From a virus (Duplodnaviria > Caudoviricetes), in IMG/VR virus record IMGVR_UViG_3300035517_000076, positions 61,353 through 125,352 of that record: a stretch of DNA of 64,000 bases. One strand, given 5' to 3'. Shown here one piece after another: positions 9,927 to 20,845 of this stretch. Positions within the stretch are counted from its first letter, which is position 1, and the number at the start of each line of letters is the position of its first letter. A program made the position numbers and the translations under genes. The notes under the pieces were generated by a model, which saw nothing but the letters and a program-made list of their open reading frames with translations, made no database searches and was not told where the DNA came from.

Positions 9927-10900
9927 ATATAAATGTAGATGATGTATTGGCAACTTTAAATATTGAAAATACAGAAAATGCTACTAATGTAGACAATGTT
10001 GTTGAAGAAATAGTAAATTCTTCTAATAATTCTGTTAATAATTCCGACTCTTCTTCTACTGCTCCTCAAGAAGTTGAACAATTAGTGAGTGAAGATTCCT
10101 ATAATAGTATAATTGGAGAACCGGAAGAAGAAAAGAGGAGTAAGAAAAAGAAAGAAAATAAGAATACTATTCCTCAAAATATTATAGATTTAGTTAAAGC
10201 CAATACAGCAAGATTTAGTAGTGCTTCTTGGTATGAAGCAGTACAAAAACAAAGTATTATTCTTGCAGGTGTTGGAGGAATAGGCAGTTGGACTACTTTT
10301 CTTCTTTCAAGACTTGATCCAAAACAAATGTTTATCTATGATGATGACAAAGTTGAAGATGTAAATCTTGCAGGACAATTGTTTAGTAGTCAAGATGTAG
10401 GTAAGAATAAAGTAGATTGTATGGCTACGTTTGTTTCTTCCTATTCCATATTTAATAAAATCTTCTGTGTATCAAACAGATATATTGCTGGAGACCCCAC
10501 TTCAAACATAATGATTTGTGGTTTTGATAATATGAATGCAAGAAAGACATTCTTCTCAAGTTGGTTTGATCATGTCATGAACCTTCGAGAGTCTATGCGT
10601 AGAGAATGCTTGTTTATTGATGGGAGGTTAAATGCCTATGAATTTCAAGTATTTGCTATTTGTGGAGATGATGTGAATGGGATTAATACATATTCAGACA
10701 ACTATCTATTTGATGATGCTGAATCTGAAGGAGAAGTATGTAGCTTTAAACAAACTACCTATTGTGCTTCTATGATTGCAAGTATTATAACCAATATATT
10801 TGTAAACTTTGTAAATAATCTGGTACATGATATTCCATTTGATGTTCCTTTCAAGACATATTATAATGCCAATATGATGTACTTTAAAACAGAACATTAA
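9911..10900 (+). CDS. ThiF/MoeB/E1-like adenylating enzyme
   Basis: GVGGIG, DDDKVEDVNLAGQ, GKNK, GFDNMNAR, FIDGR; candidate catalytic C277 (EVCS). Confidence 0.9.
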   Translation: MADNVNINVDDVLATLNIENTENATNVDNVVEEIVNSSNNSVNNSDSSSTAPQEVEQLVSEDSYNSIIGEPEEEKRSKKKKENKNTIPQNIIDLVKANTARFSSASWYEAVQKQSIILAGVGGIGSWTTFLLSRLDPKQMFIYDDDKVEDVNLAGQLFSSQDVGKNKVDCMATFVSSYSIFNKIFCVSNRYIAGDPTSNIMICGFDNMNARKTFFSSWFDHVMNLRESMRRECLFIDGRLNAYEFQVFAICGDDVNGINTYSDNYLFDDAESEGEVCSFKQTTYCASMIASIITNIFVNFVNNLVHDIPFDVPFKTYYNANMMYFKTEH

Positions 10901-11649
10901 TGGCTGCTAATGTATATTACATTAAATACTATTGGGACTTTGGATTGAATAGATATTCCTATACTTCCTCCTCTGTTGATAATAATATGAATGATAAAAT
11001 GTTTCAGGTCAATATAGATAATAATCATCATGTTGTCTGTCCTGTATTTCTAATCACAGAAGTATTTGAACTGTTGAAAGAATATTATCTATATCATGAT
11101 AAAACTGAACTGCATACTATTAATTTCCCGGCAGGTATTAGTACAGGAGGATTCTTTGGAGTACGGTCCACCACTTCTTTATTTAAGAAAGCTAATTCTG
11201 GGGATTCTATACTTACAAAAATAAGATTAAAAGATTTAACTTATTATTGTAGTAAAGGACTTATACTTGATGAACATAAAAATATACTTATGATGTCTTT
11301 ATGTGACTTTAATTTTGATTATGGTAAAGACAAATATTGGAGTTTTAGAGACCATACTAAGTTTAATAAGTGTATTTTTAGAATCAATAGAAAAGTATTC
11401 TGTTTCAATGATCCTGTTTCTAAAATTCTAAAGAGTGGAAAATTACTATCTGATGTAGCTGGAATTGTAAATCCTTTTAATCGAGAAAGATTATTTGGTA
11501 CTTATGATAGTGATATTTCTAATATTAGTATAGAGATTGGAGATTTTAATGATGTAGTTGTTACTCCAGAATTACCTACAGAAGTAGATGGTATAAACAA
11601 TAGTATTAACAAACTTCTTGTAGATAATGTAGATAAAATATTGAAATAG
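10900..11649 (+). CDS. hypothetical protein coupled to the E1-like gene
   Basis: 249 aa; start overlaps the E1 stop; ends in TAG. Confidence 0.7.
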   Translation: MAANVYYIKYYWDFGLNRYSYTSSSVDNNMNDKMFQVNIDNNHHVVCPVFLITEVFELLKEYYLYHDKTELHTINFPAGISTGGFFGVRSTTSLFKKANSGDSILTKIRLKDLTYYCSKGLILDEHKNILMMSLCDFNFDYGKDKYWSFRDHTKFNKCIFRINRKVFCFNDPVSKILKSGKLLSDVAGIVNPFNRERLFGTYDSDISNISIEIGDFNDVVVTPELPTEVDGINNSINKLLVDNVDKILK

Positions 11650-11725
11650 TAGATATAAATGTTCTTATTTTAGTTTTGCTATTCATAATTATACTTTATT
11701 ATGAGTTCGTAGCAAAATAAATATT

Positions 11726-11733
11726 TATATTTG
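11726..11733 (+). promoter_or_regulatory. Bacteroidetes-type -7 promoter element (TAnnTTTG)
   Basis: TATATTTG 26 nt upstream of the 11760 ORF; -33 box is only TTCG-like. Confidence 0.45.
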
Positions 11734-11759
11734 CGGTTCAATGTTTTATATTAAATATA

Positions 11760-12341
11760 ATGTCTATGGAAAACTTTTCTATTTACAAAACCAAGAAAGG
11801 AAGATTAGTTACTATTGGAGATACTATTCTAATTTCTTTGAATAATCCTGATCTATTGTTAGGAGGAGTAAAAGCTGTTACTATTACTAAAAACAATGTA
11901 GATGCTCTTGTTAAACAAGGTTATCTAGTCAAGATGAAACTTGTTGTTGATTGTGAGAATAGTAATAACTCTCCTCAACCTCCCTTTACTGCCCCTGATT
12001 CTATTAGTTACTATATCTATGAATGGGCTGATAAAATCGGCTGTTCAAAAGATTCGGCAGTAAGACTTATTAAGATTCTACAAAAAACTAATCCTGTTGA
12101 GGCCCTCAATATTATTCTTTCAGAAGTAGCAATTGCTATGGGAGTAGAATATGGAGGAGATCAAAGGAACTGGAAAGAAGCTTATTTTATTAGTAATGCT
12201 ACTGGAAAGATTTGTAGATTAAAGAAAAATCCGCTTTTGTATCCTCATCTTATTTTATTTCCTACTTTAGAAATGACTCAAAGAGCTATTGAAATTGTTG
12301 GTACTCTTTATTCAGATCTTTATGGAGAACAAAAAGATTAA
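11760..12341 (+). CDS. hypothetical protein
   Basis: 193-aa ORF. Confidence 0.7.
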   Translation: MSMENFSIYKTKKGRLVTIGDTILISLNNPDLLLGGVKAVTITKNNVDALVKQGYLVKMKLVVDCENSNNSPQPPFTAPDSISYYIYEWADKIGCSKDSAVRLIKILQKTNPVEALNIILSEVAIAMGVEYGGDQRNWKEAYFISNATGKICRLKKNPLLYPHLILFPTLEMTQRAIEIVGTLYSDLYGEQKD

Positions 12342-12759
12342 GAATGCAACTACTACAGTCTATGACAGTATTACTTTTAAATCAAAAATGGAAGTAATCT
12401 GTTATAGACTGCTTAAAGAACAAGGATTCAATCCTCAATATGAGCCTGTCACATTTCCAATTTGTTCAGGCTTTTATCCTCTTGTTCCTTTCTACTGTAG
12501 AAACAAAAAAACAGGAGAATTTGAAATAAACAAAACTAAAATTATTGATATCAAATATACTCCTGATTTTGTTTTCACTACTGCTAGAAATACTACTGTA
12601 TATGTTGAAATTAAAGGAATGGAAAATGATTGTTACTATTTAAAGAAAAAACTTTTTAGAAAGTACCTTGAAACACTTCCTGGAGTTAATGTATATGCAG
12701 AGATTAAAAGCAAGAGAGAATTGTTAGAGTTTATAGAAATATTAAAAACAAATTACTAA
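12322..12759 (+). CDS. PD-(D/E)XK endonuclease (T7 endonuclease I / DUF1064-like)
   Basis: FKSKME, YTPDF, VEIKG motifs; start moved to ATG 12322 (MENKK). Confidence 0.75.
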   Translation: MENKKIKNATTTVYDSITFKSKMEVICYRLLKEQGFNPQYEPVTFPICSGFYPLVPFYCRNKKTGEFEINKTKIIDIKYTPDFVFTTARNTTVYVEIKGMENDCYYLKKKLFRKYLETLPGVNVYAEIKSKRELLEFIEILKTNY

Positions 12760-13805
12760 TGAAAAGCCTTAGAGAAATTTCACTTCCTATTACTGAAGAG
12801 GAGTATAGAAATGATGGTGCAATGCACTATTCTACTTTAGCTACTTTTGAAAGAGGAGGGTTTAGAAGTATTCCAACTCTCTTCGACAAAAAGGAAAGTC
12901 CTTCTTTACTTTTTGGTAGTATGGTAGATACTATGGTTACTGATGGAATGACTGCTTTTGGTAATACTTACTTCGTTGCTGACCTTCCTACTTCTTCTGA
13001 TGTAATTATTAATATTGTTAAGAGTTTGTTTGCTTTGTATAAAGATGAATACTATTCTCTTAATGATATATCAGATGCTAAAATATTGGCCATAGCCGAT
13101 CAAACAGATTGGGGAAAGACTTGGAAGAGTACAACCAAAGTAAGCAAGATTCGAGAAGGTGGGACAGAATACTATAAACTCCTGTACTTGGCTGGAGATA
13201 AAACAATTGTTTCTTCAGAGCTATATAGTCAAGCTTATGCTTGTATGATGGCTTTGAAAACTTCTCCGGCAACTAAAGAATTATTTGCTGATGATGATCC
13301 TTTTTCTCCTGAAGTAGAACACTTATATCAATTAAAATTCAAACAAGAATTTGAAGGCATTCCTTATTCTTGTATGGCAGATTTAATTGTAGTATTTCAT
13401 GATAGAAAGATTATTATTCCTTGTGATTTAAAGACTTCTTCTCATACAGAGGAAGATTTTTACAAGTCATTTGTTGATTGGTCTTACATGATTCAAGCAA
13501 GACTTTATTGGAGAATCATTAAAAAGACTCTTGAGCAAGATGACTACTTTAAAGATTTTAAGTTACTTGATTATCATTTTATTGTAGTCAATCGCACTAC
13601 CCTGACTCCGCTTGTGTGGGTTTATTCAGATACTCAAGCTTTAGGTACTTTAAGATATGGAATCAATAATCAAATAGAATGTCGAGATCCTTTTACAATA
13701 GGGAAAGAATTAGATTACTATTTGAAGAATCCTAATGTTAAAATGCCTATTAATATCCATGTAGATAAACCAAATAATCTTAAAGACTGGCTTAAAACAC
13801 TATAA
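12759..13805 (+). CDS. PD-(D/E)XK exonuclease (RecE/Exo VIII-like)
   Basis: SLLFGSMVD, MADLI...DLKT, YMIQARLY. Confidence 0.75.
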   Translation: MKSLREISLPITEEEYRNDGAMHYSTLATFERGGFRSIPTLFDKKESPSLLFGSMVDTMVTDGMTAFGNTYFVADLPTSSDVIINIVKSLFALYKDEYYSLNDISDAKILAIADQTDWGKTWKSTTKVSKIREGGTEYYKLLYLAGDKTIVSSELYSQAYACMMALKTSPATKELFADDDPFSPEVEHLYQLKFKQEFEGIPYSCMADLIVVFHDRKIIIPCDLKTSSHTEEDFYKSFVDWSYMIQARLYWRIIKKTLEQDDYFKDFKLLDYHFIVVNRTTLTPLVWVYSDTQALGTLRYGINNQIECRDPFTIGKELDYYLKNPNVKMPINIHVDKPNNLKDWLKTL

Positions 13806-13807
13806 AT

Positions 13808-14871
13808 ATGATAGTAATTAAACGTGATAAAACACAAGAAGAGTTTGATTATAAGAAAGTAATCAAGGCCATGCAAAAAGCTTTTGATTCTTGTAATCAT
13901 TCCTACACTCCCACTTTGAAACTCTTTACCGATTCTTTGCTCAATTCCGGCAAAGATTCTATGACGGTGGAAGAAATTCAAGATGAGGTTATCAAGTTCT
14001 TAATTGATAATAAGCTTTACGATGTAGTTAAGTCTTATATTATCTATAAAGAAAAAAGAACCAATATCAGGGAGTTTGTAAAGAAGAAGAAAGAGTTTAT
14101 CAATAAATATAAAGTGTCTTCAAATACAGCTAATGCTACTATAGATGACAACAGTAATGTATGTAACAAAAACATTGGTATTCTAAACGCTGAAATTCAT
14201 AAAGAGGATAATATTGAAATCAGTAGAGGAATGCTGGTGGATAAGCTTAGAGAACTTTATCCAGATTTTGATAGCAAGCAATATATTAAAGATTTGAATC
14301 ATCATATTATTTATAAACATGATGAATCTTCTTTTGCCGGGGCTATTGCTCCCTATTGTTGCAGTATTACCATGTATCCATTCTTACTTAAAGGAATCAA
14401 AGGAATAGGAGGATTAAGTGCAAGCCCAAAAAATCTCGATTCATTCTGTGGTATGTATATTAATCTTATCTTTGCTACTTCAGCCATGTTTGCTGGAGCT
14501 ATTGCTACCTCAGAGTTCTTTGTTTACTTTGACTATTTTAGTAGGAAAGAGTGGGGAGATGAATACTTTTTGAAACAAGATGCTATCATTACTACAGAAC
14601 ATAGCAATAAAAAGAAAACTATATTAAGTCAAATTCATCAGCATTTTCAGCAGATTATTTATTCAATAAATCAACCTGCTGCTGCTAGAGGAATGCAATC
14701 AGCTTTTGTTAATTTCTCATATTTTGATAAAGCATTTTTTGATGGAATGTTCGGTAACTTTTACTTCCCTGACGGTACTCAACCACAATGGGAATCAGTA
14801 AAATGGTTACAACAAACATTTATGAAATGGTTCAATGAAGAAAGATTAAAAACGATAATTACTTTCCCCGT
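13808..14871 (+). CDS. nrdD: anaerobic ribonucleoside-triphosphate reductase, exon 1 (ATP cone)
   Basis: N-terminal VIKRD ATP cone, PYCCS, NQPAAARG; ends ITFP-GT at the intron 5' splice site. Confidence 0.9.
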
Positions 14872-15701
<830 letters not shown>

Positions 15702-16842
15702 AGAATCGTTTGCACTAGTATATCAAAATGGAGAATTTCTTGATAAAGAATCAGCACAATTTGTAGCTGAAGAATATGCAAGAGGACATAGTTTCTTTAC
15801 TTACATTAGTGATACAGTAGATTCATTAAGTTCGTGTTGTAGATTAAAGAATATGATACAAACAAAAGAATTTAATTTTACTAATGGTAATATGGGTATT
15901 CAAACGGGAAGTAAGTCTGTTATTACTCTTAATCTTAATAGAATAATTCAAGATTGGTATAAAGAAACTACAGATCCAGAAGACCCGGAACCTTATCTTC
16001 CAGATGGTAGAGCTAATAATATTAGTCTATCAGAAAAATGCAGAGCTATTTGGGAACCTTCTTTAAAGAAATACATTTGTAATATTCTTGAAAGAGTGTA
16101 TAAGTATCATACAGCCTATAATGAATTGTTGTGGGATATGTATAATGCTAATCTTCTCCCTGTTTACTCAGCTGGATTTATTGATTTAAATAAACAATAT
16201 CTAACAATAGGACTTAACGGATTAAATCAAGCAGCAGAATTTATTGGTATTAAGTGTACAGATAATGAATATTATAGTAGATTTTGTTCATTTATTTTCA
16301 GTACGATAAAAGAACAGAATCAACTACATAAAACCAAAAGAACCACATACAACACAGAATGTGTACCTGCCGAGTCATTGGCACTCAAAAACTATAATTG
16401 GGATTCTAAAGATAATTATTGGACGCCTTCTGATACTAATCTATATGCTTCCTATATCTATAAACCTAATGAAGATTTATCTATATTAGAGAAGATGAGA
16501 TTGCATGGAAAGAATTATATTGGAGAGTTCTTGGATGGAGGTGCAGCAGCTCATTTAAATTTAGAAGAGCATTTATCTGCATCTCAATATATGAAATTAT
16601 TATACTATGCAGCTAATGTAGGCTGTCAGTATTTTACTTTCAATATTCCTAATAGTGAATGTGATGACTGTGGTTTTATTACAAAAGTTCCAGTAACTAA
16701 ATGTCCTAAGTGTCATAGTGATAATATTACACTTTGGGATAGGGTAATTGGATATTTAACAAAGATAAAGAACTGGTCTGATGGAAGACAAAAAGAACAG
16801 AAGACCAGAGTATATAGTAGTAAATCTAATATAGAATTATGA
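15702..16842 (+). CDS. nrdD: anaerobic ribonucleoside-triphosphate reductase, exon 2
   Basis: SSCCRL catalytic loop upstream of the track's 15853 start, CxxC...CxxC zinc site, glycyl-radical RVIGY. Confidence 0.9.
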
Positions 16843-17102
16843 ATACAGAACTTAAAAAATCAGCAGAATTAATGCTATCTGAAGATTATAAAGATAGGTT
16901 TATTGCTGAATATATGCAGATTGATGCACGTCTTAAAAGCCTTCAAAAAATGATGGAAGATTGGGATTTAGGATTGCTTAATTTTGAACCAACTTGTCCT
17001 AAGGAAACCTATCATATTCAATGGAGAGCAATGAATGATTATAGAAATATTTTGGTAACAAGAGCCAAGATTGAAGGTATAGTATTGCCTGATTATGATT
17101 AA
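16839..17102 (+). CDS. conserved small phage protein (crAss001 gp48-like)
   Basis: YKDRFIAEY..Q...R...PTCP...Q..AM..Y..IL..RA pattern. Confidence 0.55.
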   Translation: MNTELKKSAELMLSEDYKDRFIAEYMQIDARLKSLQKMMEDWDLGLLNFEPTCPKETYHIQWRAMNDYRNILVTRAKIEGIVLPDYD

Positions 17103-17562
17103 ATATGTAGATGCTAAAGTAGTATTTAGAGAAGTTCCTGAAGAAATAACTTTAGCAATATCAATATCAAACTGTCAAGTTAAATGTCCTGGATGTCATA
17201 GTTCTTATTTAGCTGAGGATGTTGGAAAAGTATTGAACTCTTTTTCTCTTCTCGACTTAATCAGAGCTAATTTAGGCATTACTTGTGTATGCTTCATGGG
17301 AGAAGGAAAGGACTGCTATGATTTAATTCCACTCATTAAAACAGTTCGAGAAGAATTTCCTGACCTTAAAATAGCATATTATACCGGACATAATGAATGT
17401 CCTAACGAACTTGTTGAACTAATTGATTATCTTAAAACAGGTCCTTATGTAGAGTCACTTGGACCACTCACAAGTGAAACTACTAACCAAAGATTTTATA
17501 AAGTAGATAATCATAAGCTCGTAAATCTAACTTATAAATTTCAACATGAAACTAAACATTAA
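17095..17562 (+). CDS. nrdG: anaerobic RNR activating radical-SAM enzyme
   Basis: CxxxCxxC (CQVKCPGC), EVPEEITL, YLKTGPY; adjacent to nrdD. Confidence 0.9.
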   Translation: MIKYVDAKVVFREVPEEITLAISISNCQVKCPGCHSSYLAEDVGKVLNSFSLLDLIRANLGITCVCFMGEGKDCYDLIPLIKTVREEFPDLKIAYYTGHNECPNELVELIDYLKTGPYVESLGPLTSETTNQRFYKVDNHKLVNLTYKFQHETKH

Positions 17563-18085
17563 AATTAAAAGATTAAATAAGAATCTACAACTTCCTTTAT
17601 CTATCAACAAGGGAGAATGGGTAGACTTGCGCTGTTCTGAAACTACTAAGTTTAAAGCTCCTCAATCAGGTACTTTGAAAACAAAAAGAGTAGAAGGAGA
17701 AGAAGCACGATATAGAGATGTTACTTTTGATACTAAGTATCTTCCTTTAGGTGTAGCTATGAAACTTCCTAAAGGGTTTGAGGCTCATGTATTACCTCGT
17801 TCTTCCACTCCTCTTGGCATGGGAATTATGTGTGCTAACTCTCAAGGTATTATTGATAATACTTATAGTGGCAATACTGATGAATGGAAGTTTCCTGCAT
17901 TAGCTATCAGAGATACTACTATCAAAGAAGGTGAGAGAATCTGCCAATTCAGAATACAACTTAGTCAGAAGGCTACACTTTGGCAAAAGATTAAATGGCT
18001 GCTTTGTTCAGGTATTTCTATCAAAGAAGTAGAAGAACTTGACGAAGAAAGTCGAGGTGGATTTGGTTCAACAGGAAAGGAATAA
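17546..18085 (+). CDS. dut: trimeric dUTPase
   Basis: DL, PRSS, GIIDNTYSG, ICQ, RGGFGSTG motifs. Confidence 0.92.
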   Translation: MKLNIKIKRLNKNLQLPLSINKGEWVDLRCSETTKFKAPQSGTLKTKRVEGEEARYRDVTFDTKYLPLGVAMKLPKGFEAHVLPRSSTPLGMGIMCANSQGIIDNTYSGNTDEWKFPALAIRDTTIKEGERICQFRIQLSQKATLWQKIKWLLCSGISIKEVEELDEESRGGFGSTGKE

Positions 18086-18101
18086 TCAATACTTATAAAT
18101 T

Positions 18102-18596
18102 ATGATTGTAACTATTATAAGTGTTGCAGTAATTCTCAGTGCTCTTGGTGCTATCTGGTATAGTACCAGGGGCACTTATCTTGTTAGGGTAAAGAAGAAT
18201 CAGATTATGGATTTCAAATCTGCTGTTGAATTAACAGAATTACCTATCGTAACTTTCTATCAAGGAGAGAATAAGTATCACTTTTTGTTAGATACCGGTA
18301 GTAATGTTTCTTATGTTAATTCTACTTCGGATATAAATACTGAATGTATTGAAGGAACTGATTCTTTCTTGAGTGCTGATGGTGTAATTTCTCAGTGTTC
18401 ACTAGCTAATATAAAGCTATATTATAACAAGAAGGAATATAAGTGTACTGTTCGTTGTAGTGATTTAGAAACTGCATTTAAAGAACTTTATAATCATTCT
18501 GGAATTAAATTAACCGGTATTCTTGGTAATGATTTCTTTAGCTCTTATAAATGTTGTTTAGACTTCAAAGAAATGGTTGCTTATAGTAGAACTTAA
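18102..18596 (+). CDS. membrane-anchored retropepsin-like aspartic protease
   Basis: N-terminal hydrophobic helix, FLLDTGS catalytic motif, GILG. Confidence 0.8.
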   Translation: MIVTIISVAVILSALGAIWYSTRGTYLVRVKKNQIMDFKSAVELTELPIVTFYQGENKYHFLLDTGSNVSYVNSTSDINTECIEGTDSFLSADGVISQCSLANIKLYYNKKEYKCTVRCSDLETAFKELYNHSGIKLTGILGNDFFSSYKCCLDFKEMVAYSRT

Positions 18597-18599
18597 AGT

Positions 18600-20663
18600 A
18601 TGATATATTTAGTTACTAGACAAACAGAATTGTTTCAATTTGAAACAGACTTCAAAATTATAGGGGTAGACGAAAGTCTATCCCTATTAAATAAATGTCC
18701 TTACCTACAATATGATTCAGAATCTAATGGAAAGAATACCAGACTAAATAAGATTCTATGTATTCAATTTGGTAATGATGCTTTAGATGTTCGTATTGTT
18801 GTTGATGTTACTACTATAGATATTCAACTTTATAAGACTATCTTAGAAACTAAAACTCTTATAGGACAAAATATTAAATTTGACTTGGAATTACTCTACT
18901 CCGTTGGTATTGTTCCAAGAAAAGTTTATGATACTATGATTGTTGAACAGCTTCTTTATCTAGGCTTTCCACCTAAAGGAAAGTTTGGAGGAATTGGTTA
19001 TAGTCTTAAAGATATTGCTGAAAGAAGACTTGGAGTAAACATAGATAAATCAGTACGAGGAGAGATTATTTGGAGAGGATTAGACAAAGCAGTAGTGCTT
19101 TATAGTGCTGGAGATGTTACTTATCTAGAAAAGATAATGCTTAGTCAAATGGCTGATTGTAGAACTAAAAACTGTATTGTTGGTGCACAAGTTGAATGTG
19201 CAGTAGTACCTGCAATAGCTTATATGGAATGGTGTGGTATTAAACTAGATGAAGCTAAATGGAAAGCTAAGATGGTTAAGGACCAAGCTAACTTAGCTAA
19301 ACGAAAGAAAGACATTGATGCTTTTGTAATTTCTACTCCTTCTCTTTCAAAGTTTATTCAAATTGATTATCAAGGAGATTTGTTTGAGGGCTATAATAGT
19401 GATCCTGTCTGTACTATAAATTGGGATTCTTCTTCTCAAGTAATTCAAGTTTGCAAGATTCTTGGATTTAATACTACTACAGTAGACAAGAAAACAGGAG
19501 AGGACAAAGATAGTGTTCTTGAAAAGCAGCTAAGCAAACAAAAGGGGATTAATGATGAGTTCCTTAAACTATATTTTGATTATAAAGAATCTTCAAAAGT
19601 AGTTGGTACTTATGGTCAAGGACATCTTGATTTAATTAATCCTTTAACTGGAAGATTACATACTTCTTTCAAACAACTTGGTGCCGTCTCTGGTCGAATG
19701 TCTTCTGGTGGAGGAACAGATACTGATTTAGCAAAATATAAAAAGATTCCTCCTATTTCACTTGTAAATCTTCAACAACTTCCTCATGATGAAGAAACAA
19801 GAGCTTGCTTTGTTGCAGAGCCTGGTAATAACTTTGTTTCTTGTGACTTCTCAGCAGAAGAAAGTAGATTAGGAGCTGATGTTTATAATGATATTGAAAT
19901 GAAGAAAGAGTTCACAGAAAGGTCTGGAGATACTCATGCAATGTTTGCATGGGCAGTATTCAGAAAAGAATGTGAAGAATGCGGATGTACTTCAGTATCA
20001 GAAGTAAAAAAGAAAGCTCCTCAATGGAGAAATAAAGTAAAATCAGTAGAATTTGCATACTTATTCGGTGCTGCTGCTCCTACTATTGCCTCTTCTGCCG
20101 GATGTTCAGAACAACAAGCTCAAAAATATATTGATGATTTGGATAAGTTTTTTGAAGGAAGAACTGCTTTTACCAAGAAGGGTAGTAGATTTGTAAGAGA
20201 ACATGGTTATGTAGTAATTTCTCCAATAACAGGTCATAAACTTTATTGGTGGGATTGGGAAGAATGGAAGAAAAGACAAGCTTCTTTTACTAGAGAATTT
20301 TGGGACGAATATAAAGCATATCATAAAGGAACTGATGACAATATTGCTAAGATGGTTCGTACTCATTTTCAGGCAGCAAGCAAGTATGATAGATATGCAC
20401 TTAATGCACCGACACAAGGCCAGGGTGCTGTAATTATGAAAACAGCTCTGACTAATTTATTTAATTGGATTATAGAGAATAATTACTTTGATAAAGTAAA
20501 ACTTTGTGTTGCAGTACATGATGAAATCAATTGTGAATATCCTGAAGAGCTTACTGAATTTCCTGATATACTAGCTAAAATAATGCAGGATGCTGCTGCA
20601 ATTTATTGTAAATCTTTGCCTATCCCTGCTTGTCCAGAAGTAGGGAAGTGGTGGATTCATTAA
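18600..20663 (+). CDS. polA: family A DNA polymerase with 3'-5' exonuclease
   Basis: Exo DSE, GQNIKFD, YSAGD; Pol motif A DFSAEESR, B RNKVKSVEFAYLFG, C VHDE. Confidence 0.92.
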   Translation: MIYLVTRQTELFQFETDFKIIGVDESLSLLNKCPYLQYDSESNGKNTRLNKILCIQFGNDALDVRIVVDVTTIDIQLYKTILETKTLIGQNIKFDLELLYSVGIVPRKVYDTMIVEQLLYLGFPPKGKFGGIGYSLKDIAERRLGVNIDKSVRGEIIWRGLDKAVVLYSAGDVTYLEKIMLSQMADCRTKNCIVGAQVECAVVPAIAYMEWCGIKLDEAKWKAKMVKDQANLAKRKKDIDAFVISTPSLSKFIQIDYQGDLFEGYNSDPVCTINWDSSSQVIQVCKILGFNTTTVDKKTGEDKDSVLEKQLSKQKGINDEFLKLYFDYKESSKVVGTYGQGHLDLINPLTGRLHTSFKQLGAVSGRMSSGGGTDTDLAKYKKIPPISLVNLQQLPHDEETRACFVAEPGNNFVSCDFSAEESRLGADVYNDIEMKKEFTERSGDTHAMFAWAVFRKECEECGCTSVSEVKKKAPQWRNKVKSVEFAYLFGAAAPTIASSAGCSEQQAQKYIDDLDKFFEGRTAFTKKGSRFVREHGYVVISPITGHKLYWWDWEEWKKRQASFTREFWDEYKAYHKGTDDNIAKMVRTHFQAASKYDRYALNAPTQGQGAVIMKTALTNLFNWIIENNYFDKVKLCVAVHDEINCEYPEELTEFPDILAKIMQDAAAIYCKSLPIPACPEVGKWWIH

Positions 20664-20672
20664 GTTAAAACT

Positions 20673-20825
20673 ATGGAAAATAGAAAGTATTTAAAAAGAA
20701 TTTTGAAAATAATCAGCAAGAAAGTAGCTAAATATGAAAAAAGTGTTGTACTTTTGCTGATAATAACATGGGTACTATTGATAATAAACATTGCTTTGGA
20801 AATGATTTATCTAAGTGCTCTATAA
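20673..20825 (+). CDS. small membrane protein (50 aa)
   Basis: Hand-translated: basic N-terminus followed by hydrophobic VVLLLIITWVLLIINIAL. Confidence 0.5.
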   Translation: MENRKYLKRILKIISKKVAKYEKSVVLLLIITWVLLIINIALEMIYLSAL

Positions 20826-20845
20826 CAATTTAAACATATAATATC

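Noticed and set aside
9911-10900. ThiF/MoeB for thiamine or molybdopterin synthesis
   Set aside because: No ThiS/ThiG/MoaD/MoaE in the window, no CxxC zinc pairs; neighbours are JAB, E2-like and Ubl-like
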